NCBI RefSeq assembly: GCF_006345805.1
Contig: NC_042998.1
Span: 154,194,001-154,258,000, forward strand
Length of the DNA stretch: 64,000 nt
Source of the DNA: Octopus sinensis
Taxonomy: Eukaryota
Direction: 5' to 3'
Under the pieces are notes generated by a model, which was given only the letters and a program-made list of their open reading frames with translations, made no database searches and was not told the DNA's origin. Shown in pieces: positions 37,371 to 50,866 of the stretch. The number at the start of each line of letters is the position of its first letter. Within the stretch, counting starts at the first letter, position 1. A program made the position numbers and the translations under genes.

Positions 37371-38110
37371 TTAAGCTCACATGCAATAAGTGCAGTATGC
37401 CTTTCTGGCCTCTTGTTGAAATTATCATCAAGAAGTGTACACACATTTCAACAACCGAAATTCAAAGGATGTTTATTTTTACTTTTGTTTGACCACATTG
37501 GCAGAATGATGACCGGGTCCAGCCTGTGATACACTGGGACACCTGCCAAGCCAGACCTGTTCCTTGGACGTTCCCAAGCCTTTTTTGCCATTTACTGAAT
37601 CTGTTTGAGACATTTTAGAGTAAATTACCAGAGCATTTTTAGGTTTCTGCCAACCAACCAACTGAATGATTTTACTAAGATTTGGAGTACAGGAAGTACC
37701 TGTGCAGATGAATAATTTTCAGTGGGTGTAGCTTGCACTGCCTATTGGCCCAAGAAGACTTTAGCCAGTGTGACAGGAAAATTGACAAAACCAGGAACTC
37801 AGGTTTTATTTCAGAGATTTCCTTCTCCTATGAAGATTACCAAAGAGCTTCTACCTGTCCATGAAGTAAGTGATCCCATTCCAGACACCAAACTGACACT
37901 CAGACACTTTATAAAGTGATCAAATATCACTCCATTGACCGATGCAGAGGAGCTCATTCATAAAAGACAAAAAGAGAAAGGTACGATATGTGATTTGCAA
38001 ATATAAATAAGAATCATATATAAATATAAAAAAGTAAAAGATATGCAATTAAAAGATATAAAATAATATACATATATATACACACACACATATATACACA
38101 TATATAAAAA

Positions 38111-38142
<32 letters not shown>

Positions 38143-38966
38143 GGTGTGGGTTTTTCCCTTTTTAAATTATTTACATGTCTATTCAACTATTTCACATGAC
38201 TTTATTCATTAAAACTTCAGAAGTTCTTATAACTTTGGTCAGCATAATGCTTTGCTTTCATCTGTTTAATAAAAATTCCTCTTCATAATGATTTAACTTT
38301 GACTTTGCTAAAGACAGCTATCATGCAGAAAATGCCAGCTTCCAAATCCTGTTTTCTGATTAGGTAAAATTGATTAAACTTTAATCGTCAGTAACATTTC
38401 TCTAGCAAATTTAACATGGAAAATTATTTCAATATACTAAATTTAAAAATTTTGACATAATTTTAAAATTTCACAATATGTGACAGCAACAGGAAAGACC
38501 CTACAAAAGTAGAGAGACAGACAGTTATAGGACATCACACTCACAAACACATTTTCAAATATATACACAGGTAATCACAAGTTTAAAATGGTGTATAGTA
38601 AACATATGTATGTGTGTCTGTGAGTGTTTCTTTGTGATGGACAGCAGAAAAGCCACCTACCCCTGACATTTGTCAGTTACACAATGCTGTTCTCCCCTTC
38701 TCTGATATCAGCCACACTCACTATGCCACCACATTTCCCTCACACTAACACTCTTTGCACCTTTCTCATTTTATCAAATAATTGCCCAAACCCCTAGGAG
38801 GCCCATTATAGACTTTTATTGAAATCCAGTTAGCCTATAATTGAACTGGATGTTAGTTTAACATGTGTGCAAACTTTCAAGATTGGTTCACTGGTGTAGG
38901 TAGGAAGCTGCCATTTATGTATAAGATACATCTATACACACACACACACACACACATACATATATA

Positions 38967-40136
38967 CAGGGTCTTGCAGATAAATTGCAGTCTTATGCAG
39001 TTGACTTAGTGGGTTTAACATTTAATTTTTTTGACAAAACCTTGTCAGCTTGAAAATTGAATCCTCCTCTTAATTTTTCAAACTGATTCAATAGAAAGTC
39101 ATGGAACAACAGAATTATTCTGCCATTGTTGTTTCAGCACATTGCCAATAAAATTAAGTTGACGAAACTTCCAAAAACAACAGTTATCATGTGTATAAAC
39201 AATTTAAAGAAGAGGGAAAGATTGATTGACAAAAACACAAGACTTGGAGTGATTCTAAGTGCAACCCATCCACATCCATGACAACTCTTGCAAAGAAACA
39301 CAATGTGTCCCTTTTCATAGTGTCCAGAGCTGTGAACAGGAACTTTGGCACGATTAGCTATGTTTGACAATGCTGCCATCTCCTAACAGTCAAGGCCAAA
39401 GCAATCAGAGTCAAGAGATGCCCAAAGTTTTTGTCATTCATCAAGCACCAAGGTGCAGGAAAAACTCTCATGTTTGTGAACAAGAAGTTCACTGTGGATG
39501 CTGGGATGAATTGCAGAAATTCAGACGTTGCCACTGTGTTTGAGACTAAGAATCCTGCCTCTGTGATGGTATTTGGTGTAGTGGCCAGTGGTGGAAGTGT
39601 CATAGATCCATACTTCATTGCTTGAAGATCAGCACAAACAAATATCTGGACATCCTGAAGCACTCTCTGTTAGCTTTGTTGAAGCATAAGTTTGGCCTTG
39701 ACAAATATAGTGCTTATCCAGGATTCTGCACCATGCCATAGGTCAAAAGCAACACAGGCCTTCCTTGGTGAGAAGGTGCCATTTTTTGTGAAGGCTAACA
39801 TCTAGTTCAGTAATAGCCCAGATCTCAACTTCTTGATTACTTTTTATGGTGTGTACTTCATGCAAGAACCAATGCTTCACCACACTCAAATGTCAACATT
39901 TTGAAGATCTGCATCATGCGTGCAACATGCAAAATCAAAATAGGTGGAGGTTGCAGCAGCTGCAAAAAAATTTCATTCTTGTGTGGAGGTAGTAATTGCC
40001 CAAAAGGGGAGCCATATTGAGTGATAAATGTTTTCATTGCAATAAATGTTCTATTAAAATTATATGTCTACTACCATTATTTTAATACTTATAACCAGTT
40101 TTATGCATTGTGAAAATTGTCTGTTTATCTGCAAGA
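38967..40136 (+). mobile_element. Tc1/mariner-family transposon relic
   Basis: TA-cagggtcttgcagataaa left end and tttatctgcaaga at 40124-40136; degenerate transposase SVMVFGVVAS, QDSAPCH, NSPDLN-LDY. Confidence 0.85.
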
Positions 40137-40189
40137 TAAATGAATATAAATGAATACACACACACACACACGACCCACGTCCCAGGGTC

Positions 40190-40510
40190 TCTAGGGCCCA
40201 TACCTCCCACACCCTCAGGGTTGGTACTCTCAACGTCGGCACACTGAAAGGTAGATCTGGTGAGATTGTTGAGATGCTTGAACAGAGATGCGTCGATATG
40301 TGCTGCATCCAAGAAGTAAGGTGGAGAGGAGATTCTGCTAGGTTCCTCACAGGCAAAGAACACAGGTACAAGATTTTCTGGGCAGGGAACACTGACGGGG
40401 TTGGGGGTGTGGGTATACTTCTTGTGGAGAAACGGGTAGATAAAGTAATTGAGGTAGTCAGAGTATGTGACAGAATACTTAAGATTAGATTAGTGCTCCA
40501 TCATGAGTTA
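40190..40510 (+). mobile_element. RTE LINE 5' end / endonuclease N-terminus
   Basis: CCIQEVRWRG..KIFWAGNTDGVGGVGILL..RVCDRILKIRLVL; same family as 9529-10059. Confidence 0.88.
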
Positions 40511-42565
40511 GCAAGATTCCAAGAGAGAGGAAGATCCTCATGAGACGACGGACGAAGGTTGCAAATCGACTCAACCAACATCCCAAAAGTAGCGAAACGT
40601 TCCGCCTAAAAACAACACTGATGGAGATAGAAAAAAGGCTGCAACAATCCAATGTGAGGGAGAAAGCAAACAAAGAAGCCTGGGTTATAAAAAACATTAA
40701 GTCAAACCCAAAGGCCTTCTTGCATTACGCAAAAGAAACAGCCTCAGTACACTACAAGATAGGACCCCTTCTCCAACAAACAGTCCAACTAAGATCAGTG
40801 AGATACTGAATGACCAGTTCCAAAGTGTCTTTACCACCCCGTTGAAACACAGACAAGTGAATGAACCAGTGGACTTCTTTGCCGCCTCACCTATAACCAG
40901 CGAGGCGGTTACAATAGAATGTATTGACATTAGCGAAGAAGATGTCCTACTAGCCATAGATGAAGTGGACACAAACTCAACTGCTGGTCCAGATGGTTTC
41001 CCAGCAATCCACCTCAAAGCATGTAGGCATGCCCTGGCAAAACCCCTTCAGATTCTCTTCCAGAGCTTTCTTACAAATGGCAAACTGCCAAGCAAGCTGA
41101 AGGAGGGAATAATATGCCCAATACATAAAGGGGGAAGTAGAGCACATGCCAAAAACTATAGTCCTATCTCTCTGACTTCACACATCAGCAAAGTCATGGA
41201 ACGGATAGTCAGAAAGAAACTAATTGTATTCCTTGAAGAAAATGACTTGCTGAGTGATACCCAGCATGGTTTTCGACCAGGTAGGAGCTGCCTGACCCAG
41301 CTCTTACAACATTATGACTGGGTGTTGAGGCAGTTACTCAACAAATCAAATGTGGATGTAATATACCTTGATTTTGCAAAAGCTTTTGACAAGGTGGATC
41401 ATGGTATGATATGCTACAAACTGCATGACCTTGGCATAGCTGGAAAACTTAGAGTGGTTACATGACTTCCTGAAAGATAGGAGTCAGGCAGTGGTTGCTA
41501 ATGGCGCCACCTCTATGAACACACAAATAGTGAGCGGTGTTCCACAGGGCACTGTCTTGGGACCACTGCTTTTTATAGTGGCCCTCTCAGATATGCCCTC
41601 AAATGCCCGGATAGCCACTCTGGCAAGCTATGCAGATGATACGAAAGTCCTGCTGCACACCTGCAGCAGGAGTTGGACTCAATTTACAGATAGGCTGAGG
41701 ATAATAATATGCAGTTTAATGCTGAAAAATTCCAGGCCCTGTGCTACCAGCATCCAAAACTGAATATTAAACTTACAGAGTACACCAGTCCACAGGGAAT
41801 TTCAATCCCAGAGCCTAAGTCTGTGAGGGACCTGGGTATTGACATGAGTGATGATAAAGCGCTCATTACCAGGATGGCAACAAAGTGCAGACGACTGGCT
41901 GAATGGACCCTAAGAACATTCAGAACCAGAGATAAGGAAACCATGATGGTCCTCTGGTGGACATTCATCCTCAGTCACCTGGATTACTGCTCACAGCTAT
42001 GGTCACCCACCAGTGTGAAATTAACAGCGGACCTTGAAGCAATCTAGAGAAGATTCACAAAGAAGATCGTCTATTTGCTCAGCTACTGGGAAAGGTTGAA
42101 ACAGCTAAGACACTACTCCCTGGAAAGAAGATGGGAGAGGTATGCAGTAATATATATCTAGAAGATCCTGGAAGAAATTGTGCCAAATTTTGGCATTGAA
42201 AGCTACACCAATTCCTGAATGGGACGACACTGCATAGTGCCAAAGATCCCAGCAATGCCATCACGCTTCAGGACCAGCTTCTGCAACAGCCTGGGTTTCA
42301 AGGGCCTACAGCTTTTTAATATTCTCCCAAAGAGTCTGAGGAACTTGCACAAAGTAGATGTAGAAGTTTTTAAATCAAAGCTGGACCTCTTCCTGTCGAG
42401 AGTCCAAGATGAACCTACCTCATGGCAAGAGGTGCAAATGAGGGTAGCTATATCAAACTCCATTCTTCACCAAGTGCCACATATTAGAGGAGGCTCTTAG
42501 TAATAACAGTGTAGCACAAAATGGCGATGCATCAGCATGGCTGCAGATCTGAGCTGAAACTAGAA
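40511..42565 (+). mobile_element. CR1/L2-group (jockey-like RT) LINE, same family as 30160-32122
   Basis: ORFs 40540-42500: KSNPKAFLHYAK, GPDGFP, HGFRPGRSCLTQLL, YLDFAKAFDKVDH, GVPQGTVLGPLLF, YADDTK; 3' end gctgaaactagaa. Confidence 0.92.
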
Positions 42566-42589
42566 AATATATATAGATATACACACACG

Positions 42590-42876
42590 TGGAGGTACAA
42601 TGGCCAAGTGGTTAGGGCAGCGGACTCGCGGTTGTAGGATCATGGTTTCGATTCCCAGACCGGGCATTGTGAGTGTTTATTGAAGAAAACACCTAAAAGC
42701 TCCACGAGGCTCTGTACTCTTTCACCACTCTTTCTCTCACTCTTTCTTCTGTTGGCCTGCTCGCTTAGCCAGCGGGGTGGCATCATTCGAAGGCTAAAAA
42801 AACAATGCGAACGCATTGTGACCAGCGATGTGTAGCAACATCTGATGGTCTGGTCGGTCACGTGACGTCACGTGAT
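42590..42876 (+). mobile_element. tRNA-derived SINE ending in tandem E-boxes
   Basis: A box tggccaagtggttagg, B box ggtttcgattccc; 3' end gtcacgtgacgtcacgtgat. Confidence 0.8.
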
Positions 42877-42898
42877 ATACACACACACACACACAAAG

Positions 42899-43221
42899 CT
42901 TGCATTGTGTATCCCACCTGAACCTCATTGCCACGCACTTCATATCTTTACTGCTTCCTGCTACCTCTGTCACCCAAACCTACTTCCTCTGCCTTCAACT
43001 GATATTCACTATTGATCACACTCCCACCATGTTCACCACTCACTGCAATACCCTTATCCCCATCCATATTCATCAGCCACCTACTTTGCATTCCCATGAT
43101 TTTCCACACCCATACCACTTCTCTTATATTCACCTTCCTGTAACATAAGGGTGTAACTCAACACATCTTTCTTTTTCAGAATGTAATAGCAAATACTACC
43201 AAGAGAATTTATCACTCAATA
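42899..43221 (+). repeat. ~323-bp direct duplicate of 45280-45604
   Basis: Near-identical from cttgcattgtgtatcccacc to atcactcaata, with two small indels. Confidence 0.9.
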
Positions 43222-43429
43222 TCCACACACATACATATATTTACATACATATATAAATATATTTACATGTATATATTACACATATGTACACACATATGTA
43301 CATACATATGTACATACATATACTTCATATATGTATATAAAGTATATGTATACACATACACTTTGTATGCCTGTGTGTATTGTGCATAAGTATTGTTATT
43401 CAGACAAACCTAATAAAATGAAGGATATC

Positions 43430-44600
43430 CACTGATCTACGTGCACTCTGCTTCCTACAGGAAACCAGTGGAAACTTCCTTCATTATCGGCCGAAAAGAA
43501 GTTGTCACAGTTCTAGGACAGCACTCTTCACCCTATGAGATGACATCTTGTGTACCACAGGGATCTGTTCTTGACTTCCTTTTATTTGTTGCATATGTTA
43601 ATGACATAGATACCAACTTAAAGAAAGCCACAGTGCTGAAATATGTAGATGACATCAAGCTGTACGTCAAAATAAAGCGGACAGATCTTTATAGATCTTT
43701 ATTGCAATTAGACCTAGACACAATGCAGCAGTGGATCATGGACTGGCAACTCAAGCTGGCTGTGGACAAATGTACCACCGTGCATTTTGGGAGGAAAAAC
43801 CCAGCATCTACTTACTCCCTCCACAATAACTAATCTCAAAAAGTCTCCTTGTGAACATGACCTGGGCATTCAACAGTGATTTGTGTTGGACAAAACATGT
43901 TGCTAAAATTGCCAAGAAGGCTGAGGGTGTCTTGGCATCACTTACCAAGTCCTTTGTGAGCTGCTCTCTGGCTATCTATCTGAGGCTTTATATAGCTATG
44001 GTGTGGCCTCACCTGGAATTTGCATCACCGGTCTGGAACCCCTATATTGCCCAGGATATTAATCATCTGGAAACCAGTCAGCAACATGCAACCAAGAGAA
44101 TGCCCTCCATCAGGCATTTTCCATATTCTGAATGCCTTATTTCCCTTGGCATGGATACATTGAAACTCCGGCATCTGGCAGCTGACTTGGCAGACACCCA
44201 TAAAATTATTAACCATCTTACTAACAATAACTCTGAGCACCTTTTCAAACTCCACCTTTCTAACACCCGTGGACATGTTTACAAAGTCAGAAAACACCAC
44301 AGTTCCCATGACTTTTGGAAACATTTTTTCACGCAAAGAGTTGCTGAAGCATGGAACAAACTGCCGGCATCAGTTGTTAACTGTCAGAGCACTGCATCCT
44401 TCAAAACTTCCATGCTTCCTGAGATTCACCAACACTACAACTGATTTTCTCCCCTTCATACACATGCAAGCATGTATCTGACTCATACACTGTTCATTTC
44501 CCAGACATTTGTACGTTACTGCATATTTTTCATACACACTTTTGACAAGTTGTGGTGCACATGAGCACTGTATACAATAATTTCATTATTATTATATTAT
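43430..44600 (+). mobile_element. CR1-type LINE 3' part with (ATT)n tail
   Basis: VPQGSVL..LFVAYVND..YVDDIK; WPHLEFASPVWNP; TRGHVYKV..FFTQRVAEAWNKLP; tail cattattattattattat. Confidence 0.9.
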
Positions 44601-45699
44601 ATTTTTTTAATATTATTATATGAATTATATTCATTGCTTATTGGCTTGAGAGGAAAATTGAACATAAAAGGTGTCAGATATAGTATGCAAGAGAGAAAAC
44701 TGCACTGGTGTGGTCATGTGATGCATATGGATGAAGACAGCTACATAAAGAGGGAATCCACATAAAAGGGAGACCTAGGAAGAGATGTGAGATGAAGTCA
44801 TGAAGAATGACCTCTAGATGTTGAGCCTCACTGAAAAAATGACAATGGACTGTGATGACTGTCTGTTGTACTTGTAAAGCAAAAATGAGGTCCTTAAAGT
44901 ATATTGCTTATATCTTCCTTTGCACCCAGTTTGTCCCTGATGAGTCTCTCCTCTCATAAGTTACCTTCCTAACACCCATTCCTTTCATTCCTCATCTCCC
45001 TAACATCCTCCCCTCCATCACTCTTCTGAATATGACACTACTCACTCAACTGATGTAGCTATGAGAAATGAACCGAACATATTCCATTTCCCTACTGTTT
45101 ACCCTCCCGGGTACCACCTTCATCTTATGCATTCTCAGTATAATTCCAGACCACTTATTTTATACTGAACATCCCTTCCACTTCCCCTTTTTCTTGTGCA
45201 CCTCTCATCTTGTTAATGGCAGATTTCCTTCCATTACCTCAATTCATCTCCCACTATTTCCACACTTATCTACCACTGACTTGCATTGTGTATCCCACCT
45301 GAACCTCATTGCCACGCACTTCATATCTTTACTGCTTCCTGCTACCTCTGTCACCCAAACCTACTTCCTCTGCCTTCAACTATTGACCACACTCCCACCA
45401 TGTTCACCACTCACTGCAATACCCTTATCCCCATCCATATTCATCAGCCACCTACTTTGCATTCCCATGATTTTCCACACCCATACCACTTCTCTTATAT
45501 TCACCTTCCTGTAACATAAGGGTGTAACTCAACACATCTTTCTTTTTTCTGTTGGTTTTCAGAATGTAATAGCAAATACCACCAAGAGAATTTATCACTC
45601 AATAGTTCAAATAAAAAGAAATTAAAACAAAATAGTTCTTTAGTTTTTAAAATTTTTATTACCATTAAGAAGTTTTCAATTTAATTTCTTCTGGGAATG

Positions 45700-48200
45700 C
45701 TGAAAATAATTAAAATACACATTATTTCTTGATTTGGATGCAGCCTCAATTATAAAGGACATATACATTTGTGAAGGTAGTTTGAAGACAAGTTTCAGGG
45801 AGGTATAGAATCAGAATTAACTGTGCCGTTGTATCTGTGGAAAAGTAGAATATTTGGATGTAGTTATGTTTTGTATGTTTGTATTCATATAAGTTTTAAA
45901 AGTGTGTGAAAAGATGAATTCTTGCATTTGGGAAATTATAGATCCTACATATAATCAATTATACAAGGCCAACAAATTCTTTCCCTTTCAATGGCCAACA
46001 ATGGTCAACAAATTCTTTCCTTTTCAAGGCCTTGATACTTAAATACTTTCAAGGCCTTGATATTCTGACGATACTTAAATTTTTTTGTGATTTGTTTATT
46101 ACTTAGGGATTGAGGAATAGCATAAAAAGCAATGTGGATTTTAAATCTATTATGTACTGTTTCAGTTATTTTAGTGAGTAGTTTTATAATTGAATGTAGT
46201 GGTCTGCATTCATGTTGTGATTTGGTGACAACAAGATTAAGTCTCTCTTAGATTTTTGAAGATCTGCAAAGATTGTTTTTTTTCCTTTAGGTCTTAAAAT
46301 TGTCGATATTTTTGCGAGCTTTCAGATTGCTTACAGCATCCAAGGTGTGAAAAAATAGGAATAGTAGGAAATGTAGGAATAGTTGTGTATAGCAGTGAGT
46401 GAAATAATTTTTTCAGACCATATTTAGATGTATGTTTGAACCTGATGTTTTCGAGTGTTTGAAGGTTTAAGTCATAAAGATTTGTTTATTTTGCTTTTCC
46501 ATTTGTTTTCTGTGGTGGTGTTTGGTGACTGGAAATTTTCTAGCTGTTAGAATGTGGTGATGTTCCTTTAATTTAGTACTGCATCTTGTGTTATGGCCTG
46601 ATTATTGTAAGAGTTATTGAGGCTGCTAAATTATTGTATAGTGTTTAATTTCTTGTTTTGTGGTTCATGTTATATACCAATGTTTGCTGGTTGCTTTTCA
46701 TTGGTTTATTTTCTTTGTTATTTCCCCATTTAGTTACTTGATGTTGAATGTAGGTATTTGCATATTTTTTTCCAGGAATGTTTTTTTGGCTTTAATCAAG
46801 TTGGCTACTTCAGATGTGTAGTTTAGATTGAATATTTTTATGCTGTTTTGTGAAATGCTTCAACGATAGTTTTTAAAGATATATTAGTATGGGGGCATGT
46901 ACTTGTAACAGCATATCACTGCACTCACCACTTGTTGGTGGATGACACCTTTGCACCCTCCAATCCATGGGCCTGTCTGGGTAGTTGTTGCTGTGAGAGT
47001 TTTATGAGGTCAGAGTGCAAATCCTATCTTAATTTCTTTTAGTTGCCTTTTACAACACACAGAGAAAATGTTGAGTCTTTTCTATGGCATGCTAGTCCCC
47101 ACATAGCTCTAGAGTAACATGAAATGAAGTATTTTGCTCAAGAACACAATACGCCACCCAGTCCAGGAATTAAACCCATGATCTGGTGATTGTGAGTGCA
47201 GCAACCTAATCACTAAGCCATCTGCCTAGTGGTTACTTAGATACTTAAATACCTAATCATGTTTCATGTTAGTTGTCCTTTGGGTATTATAACCCATTTG
47301 AGTAAAGAGTTATTAAAGAGAGTAGAGCCAGTTGAGATGTAATAATTTTTAGTATTGTGATGTGACATGAGCTTGATTTTTGTACAGGACAAATGGCACA
47401 AGGACCAAACCTTGGGTGAATTTTAAAGTTGATGCTAATGTCAATTGGCCAATGTTGCTGTAATATTTTCTACAGTATATAAATAACATAGCATTCATGT
47501 TGGAATTGGAAGGAATATACCTGAAGTCAAGGTACATGTTACCTGCATTAGAGACCTTCCCAGAGCCTTTGGAATGTCATCAAAGTAAGTCAGGAGTTGT
47601 GTTAGGCTGTCCCTGCCATTGCAGAAACCCTGATTGGAATTAAGGAAACTTATTTTTGAGGAAGTGAGTTGCTCAAGATCTCAATAACTCTCTCAAATAA
47701 TTGGATGATATGACAAGTGAGACTGGTCAGTAAATCACTGGGTGACTCGTTTACTTTTTTTGAAAACTGGGACAAAAGACTGAGATGGAAATTTATCAGG
47801 AATATAATCAGCATCCAGTAATTTCCTCCAGAGAATAGCTAAAGGAAATATGAGTTGATGTCAACACTCCTTCAGGAATCTCACAGGGAAACCTACTAGG
47901 GTCCACAACTGAATTGGTTTTAATTTGCTTATAGCTGTTATCTAAGGTGCCAAAAGATGTGTCAGATATGGTGTGCAGAGGGTTTGCTTCACAGATCAGC
48001 CATAACAAGATTGCTGAAAGTAGAACAGAATCTCGCCCATGTTTCTGCAGCACCATGGAGAATGCTATCTTCATCAACTAAAAACCCAGCAGATGAGACA
48101 GCAGCCTTATGCTGAGAAGAACACTTTGGAATTAAGTTTTATTTTCTCAATGGCCCAGTTTTCCTCTGCTGTTCTTTGATTATCAATGAGTCTTCATGCA
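45700..48200 (-). mobile_element. Old, highly degenerate LINE (EN linker and RT)
   Basis: Minus-strand remnants NSNQGFCNGRDSLTQLLTYFDDIPKAL..LDF at 47520-47650; strong A/C strand skew. Confidence 0.55.
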
Positions 48201-48539
48201 GGCTTGAAGATTATATTTTTTTTTTGTTCTAGCAAAATTTGTGAACTGTTTTGGTGATTCTTCTTATATCTTTTACTTGTTTCTATCATTAGACTACAGC
48301 CATACAGGAGTCTAATGACTGAAAGGTTTAATCAAACAAATCAACTTCAGTTCTCAAGTAGTAGTGGATACAGACATAAAGGTGAAGATACATACACATG
48401 CACACACACGTGTGTATGTGTGTTTATTTATGCATGTATGAGTGTATTATAGTGAACTTCCACACAGTTTCTGTTTACCAAATTCACTCTGAAAGCATTG
48501 ATCAGTTTGGGGTTATAGTAAAAGACACTTGTCCAAGGT

Positions 48540-48586
<47 letters not shown>

Positions 48587-49068
48587 CACTCTCTCTCTCT
48601 CTCTATTTATTTTATTTATCTATTTTTTGCAGAGTCGGACTCAGTATCTCTTATTGGCTTTTCCCTAGAGAGAAGGGATCCATCTCACCAACTTAATACA
48701 TACAATGAAGCAATCTCTATGTAATTCAAAACTCCCTAAAATCTTACTCTCATTAAAATAAAGGATGACACATTACATAATGTAGTCATAAATAACACAA
48801 TGCCTGAATAAAAGATGGGATGTTCAAACCTGGTATGAGGCTAGATAATATTTCTAAATGCATAACAAGGTATATGCCTCAATGACCAGTCTGTTATGCA
48901 ATTTAACATCTTTCACAATAAGTGGCAGTTACCATCTTTTCAGCAAGTATAGATGTTAACATTACAATTCTTTCTACAAATGGTGACATTTATATAGGAA
49001 TTTCTTCTGGAATATTGGTGGTAGAAATATTAAGTGAAAAGTTTATGGAAAGAAAAATTGCTATTTAC

Positions 49069-49152
49069 TTTATAAATTTTTCTGTATCCACATAACTGCT
49101 CAACAACTTCATTGAATGAATAGTAGCCATAGCAATTTGGTGGGTAAACAAC
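49069..49152 (-). CDS. Candidate exon of the unidentified gene (frame uncertain)
   Basis: Acceptor tgtttttaatacag at 49153. Phase 0 reads VVYPPNCYGYYSFNEVVEQLCGYRKIYK with donor gtaaat; phase 2 reads LFTHQIAMATIHSMKLLSSYVDTEKFIK then TAA at 49065-49067. Confidence 0.5.
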
Positions 49153-50608
49153 CTGTATTAAAAACATTGATAATGCTGGTCATGCCATTATAACTGCTAC
49201 AATATTTATCAACATGCAATATTTATCAACATTGACAGTTGCATAAAGAAATGCCAATCTCTATAAAAGGAACCTGTGGAAGAGGTAGACCCAGGAAGAT
49301 GTGAGATGAGGTGGTGAAATATGATCTTTGGATGTTGAGTCTCATGGAGGTAATAACAAGAAACCAATACTTTTGGTGATTTGCTGTGCTTGGGAAGACA
49401 TGTCAAGTTAAGTGAAATTGTAGTTGCAGTCAGTGCTGGTAACTTATGAAAGGTAATCATGCAGGTGACATGTAAAAGGCACCCAATACACTCTGTGGAG
49501 TGATTGGCACTAGAAAGAACATCCAGCCATAGAAACCAAGCCAAAACAGACTGGAACCTGCTGCTGCAGCTCCAGTTATTCCATCTTACTCATGCTAGCA
49601 TATAAAATGGATGCTACTAAATGATGACGACGACAACAATGATGATGCAACAAAAGCTGTCAGTATGAGAATAATGTGCTGATTCCCACAACTGTATTTC
49701 CCCAAAATACAGCATGAGAGGCTCTAATGAATGGACATAGAGCCACACTGAGTTTCTGTTAGGTTTGTTCAGCTAATCTGAATGTTATTTAAAAGTTTCA
49801 GCTGTTACTATAATTGATGACCAGTTGAATTATATTTAACAGATGAGTATTGGGTAAGCAAGGTTAAAGTGAACAGGAACCAAAATTTTCATATTTTGAA
49901 AATGTGTGTCAAAAAGAACCAAGTATAGAAGTGTCAAATATACTTCACTCCCACTAGCAACAACCGAAGATTGATGAAAATGCTACAGCAAATGTGTGTT
50001 TGTGTGTGTGATGAAACAAACCAAACACAAAAAGGAACAAGTATTAGTTGCTTTGCATGTTATGGAAAACTATCATGGAAATGTGCAGAAGAGAGTCACT
50101 ATACCAAATTATGAGTGCAATGATTGTTAGCAGAGAGAGACATTTTTGATGCAAATTTTCAAGTAAATTTGAATATGAATATGCTTGTATGTCTTTGAGT
50201 AAATATAGATGAGTGGTGAAACTTAAATGAAGTCTTAATACACTTGAGCTGATTCAGCATTTTCACAAGCTGATGTAAAAAAGTAGTTGAAGAAACAGCT
50301 AATATAATTTCTCTGAAACTCTAAAAATGTATACTGTATAAAGAGTGATCATGTTTTCTGTTTTCATTAATGTGCAGAACAAATCAACATAATCAACATG
50401 GAAAGCAGGAATTTAACAAGAGTGAAAGAAATATAAAATATCTATGTAAAACAGTTGAGAAATAAATGAAATGTCAAGCCATAAATGAATGAGAAACAAG
50501 AAAATAAGAGAGAGAAAATGCTTATGATGATATTCGTATAATTTTAGTTTTTGTGGAATCACTTGACTATAGATTGATTATGTTTTCAACAATGCTGAAT
50601 TTATACCT

Positions 50609-50866
50609 CTAGAAGTGCCCAGTAGAGCTGATGGCTGAATAAATATGTGGAAGCTGAAAATGAAGAGAAGATGAATTTAACCATTGATCTGAAAGTTCAT
50701 CATCTTCCCAATCAGCTGTTATTTCTGTGAGATATACTGAATGAAGTCTTTGTTTGATAAGAGATGGAAGCTGATCATATCTCTTAATATATTGTGAATT
50801 AAAATTTTTTGTAATATATTCGGTAGGGAACTGAGCATCAGGATTTGCTGTGAGAGGGCTGTTATT
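50609..50866 (-). CDS. Candidate exon of the unidentified gene
   Basis: 85 open codons with strong A/T third-position bias (NNSPLTANPDAQFPTEY..RYDQLPSLIKQRLHSVYLTEITADWEDDELSDQW..); acceptor tttcaattcaacacag in phase 0; absent from the ORF track. Confidence 0.45.
   Translation of the reverse strand, partial: NNSPLTANPDAQFPTEYITKNFNSQYIKRYDQLPSLIKQRLHSVYLTEITADWEDDELSDQWLNSSSLHFQLPHIYSAISSTGHF

Larger units (their letters stand above)
36240..37720 (-). mobile_element. RTE-like LINE 5' region (endonuclease), degenerate; second family
   Basis: Minus strand: TALIACELKKYSLDIVVLSET, RESGVGFAL, IVSIYAPT, DKLVILGDFNARVGKD, LWEDFKTKV. Confidence 0.8.

Noticed and set aside
49843-49853. Plus-strand 11-nt microexon-like ttaacag|ATGAGTATTGG|gtaagc
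   Set aside because: No plus-strand host gene was found, and it lies in a duplicated segment whose other copy lacks it.
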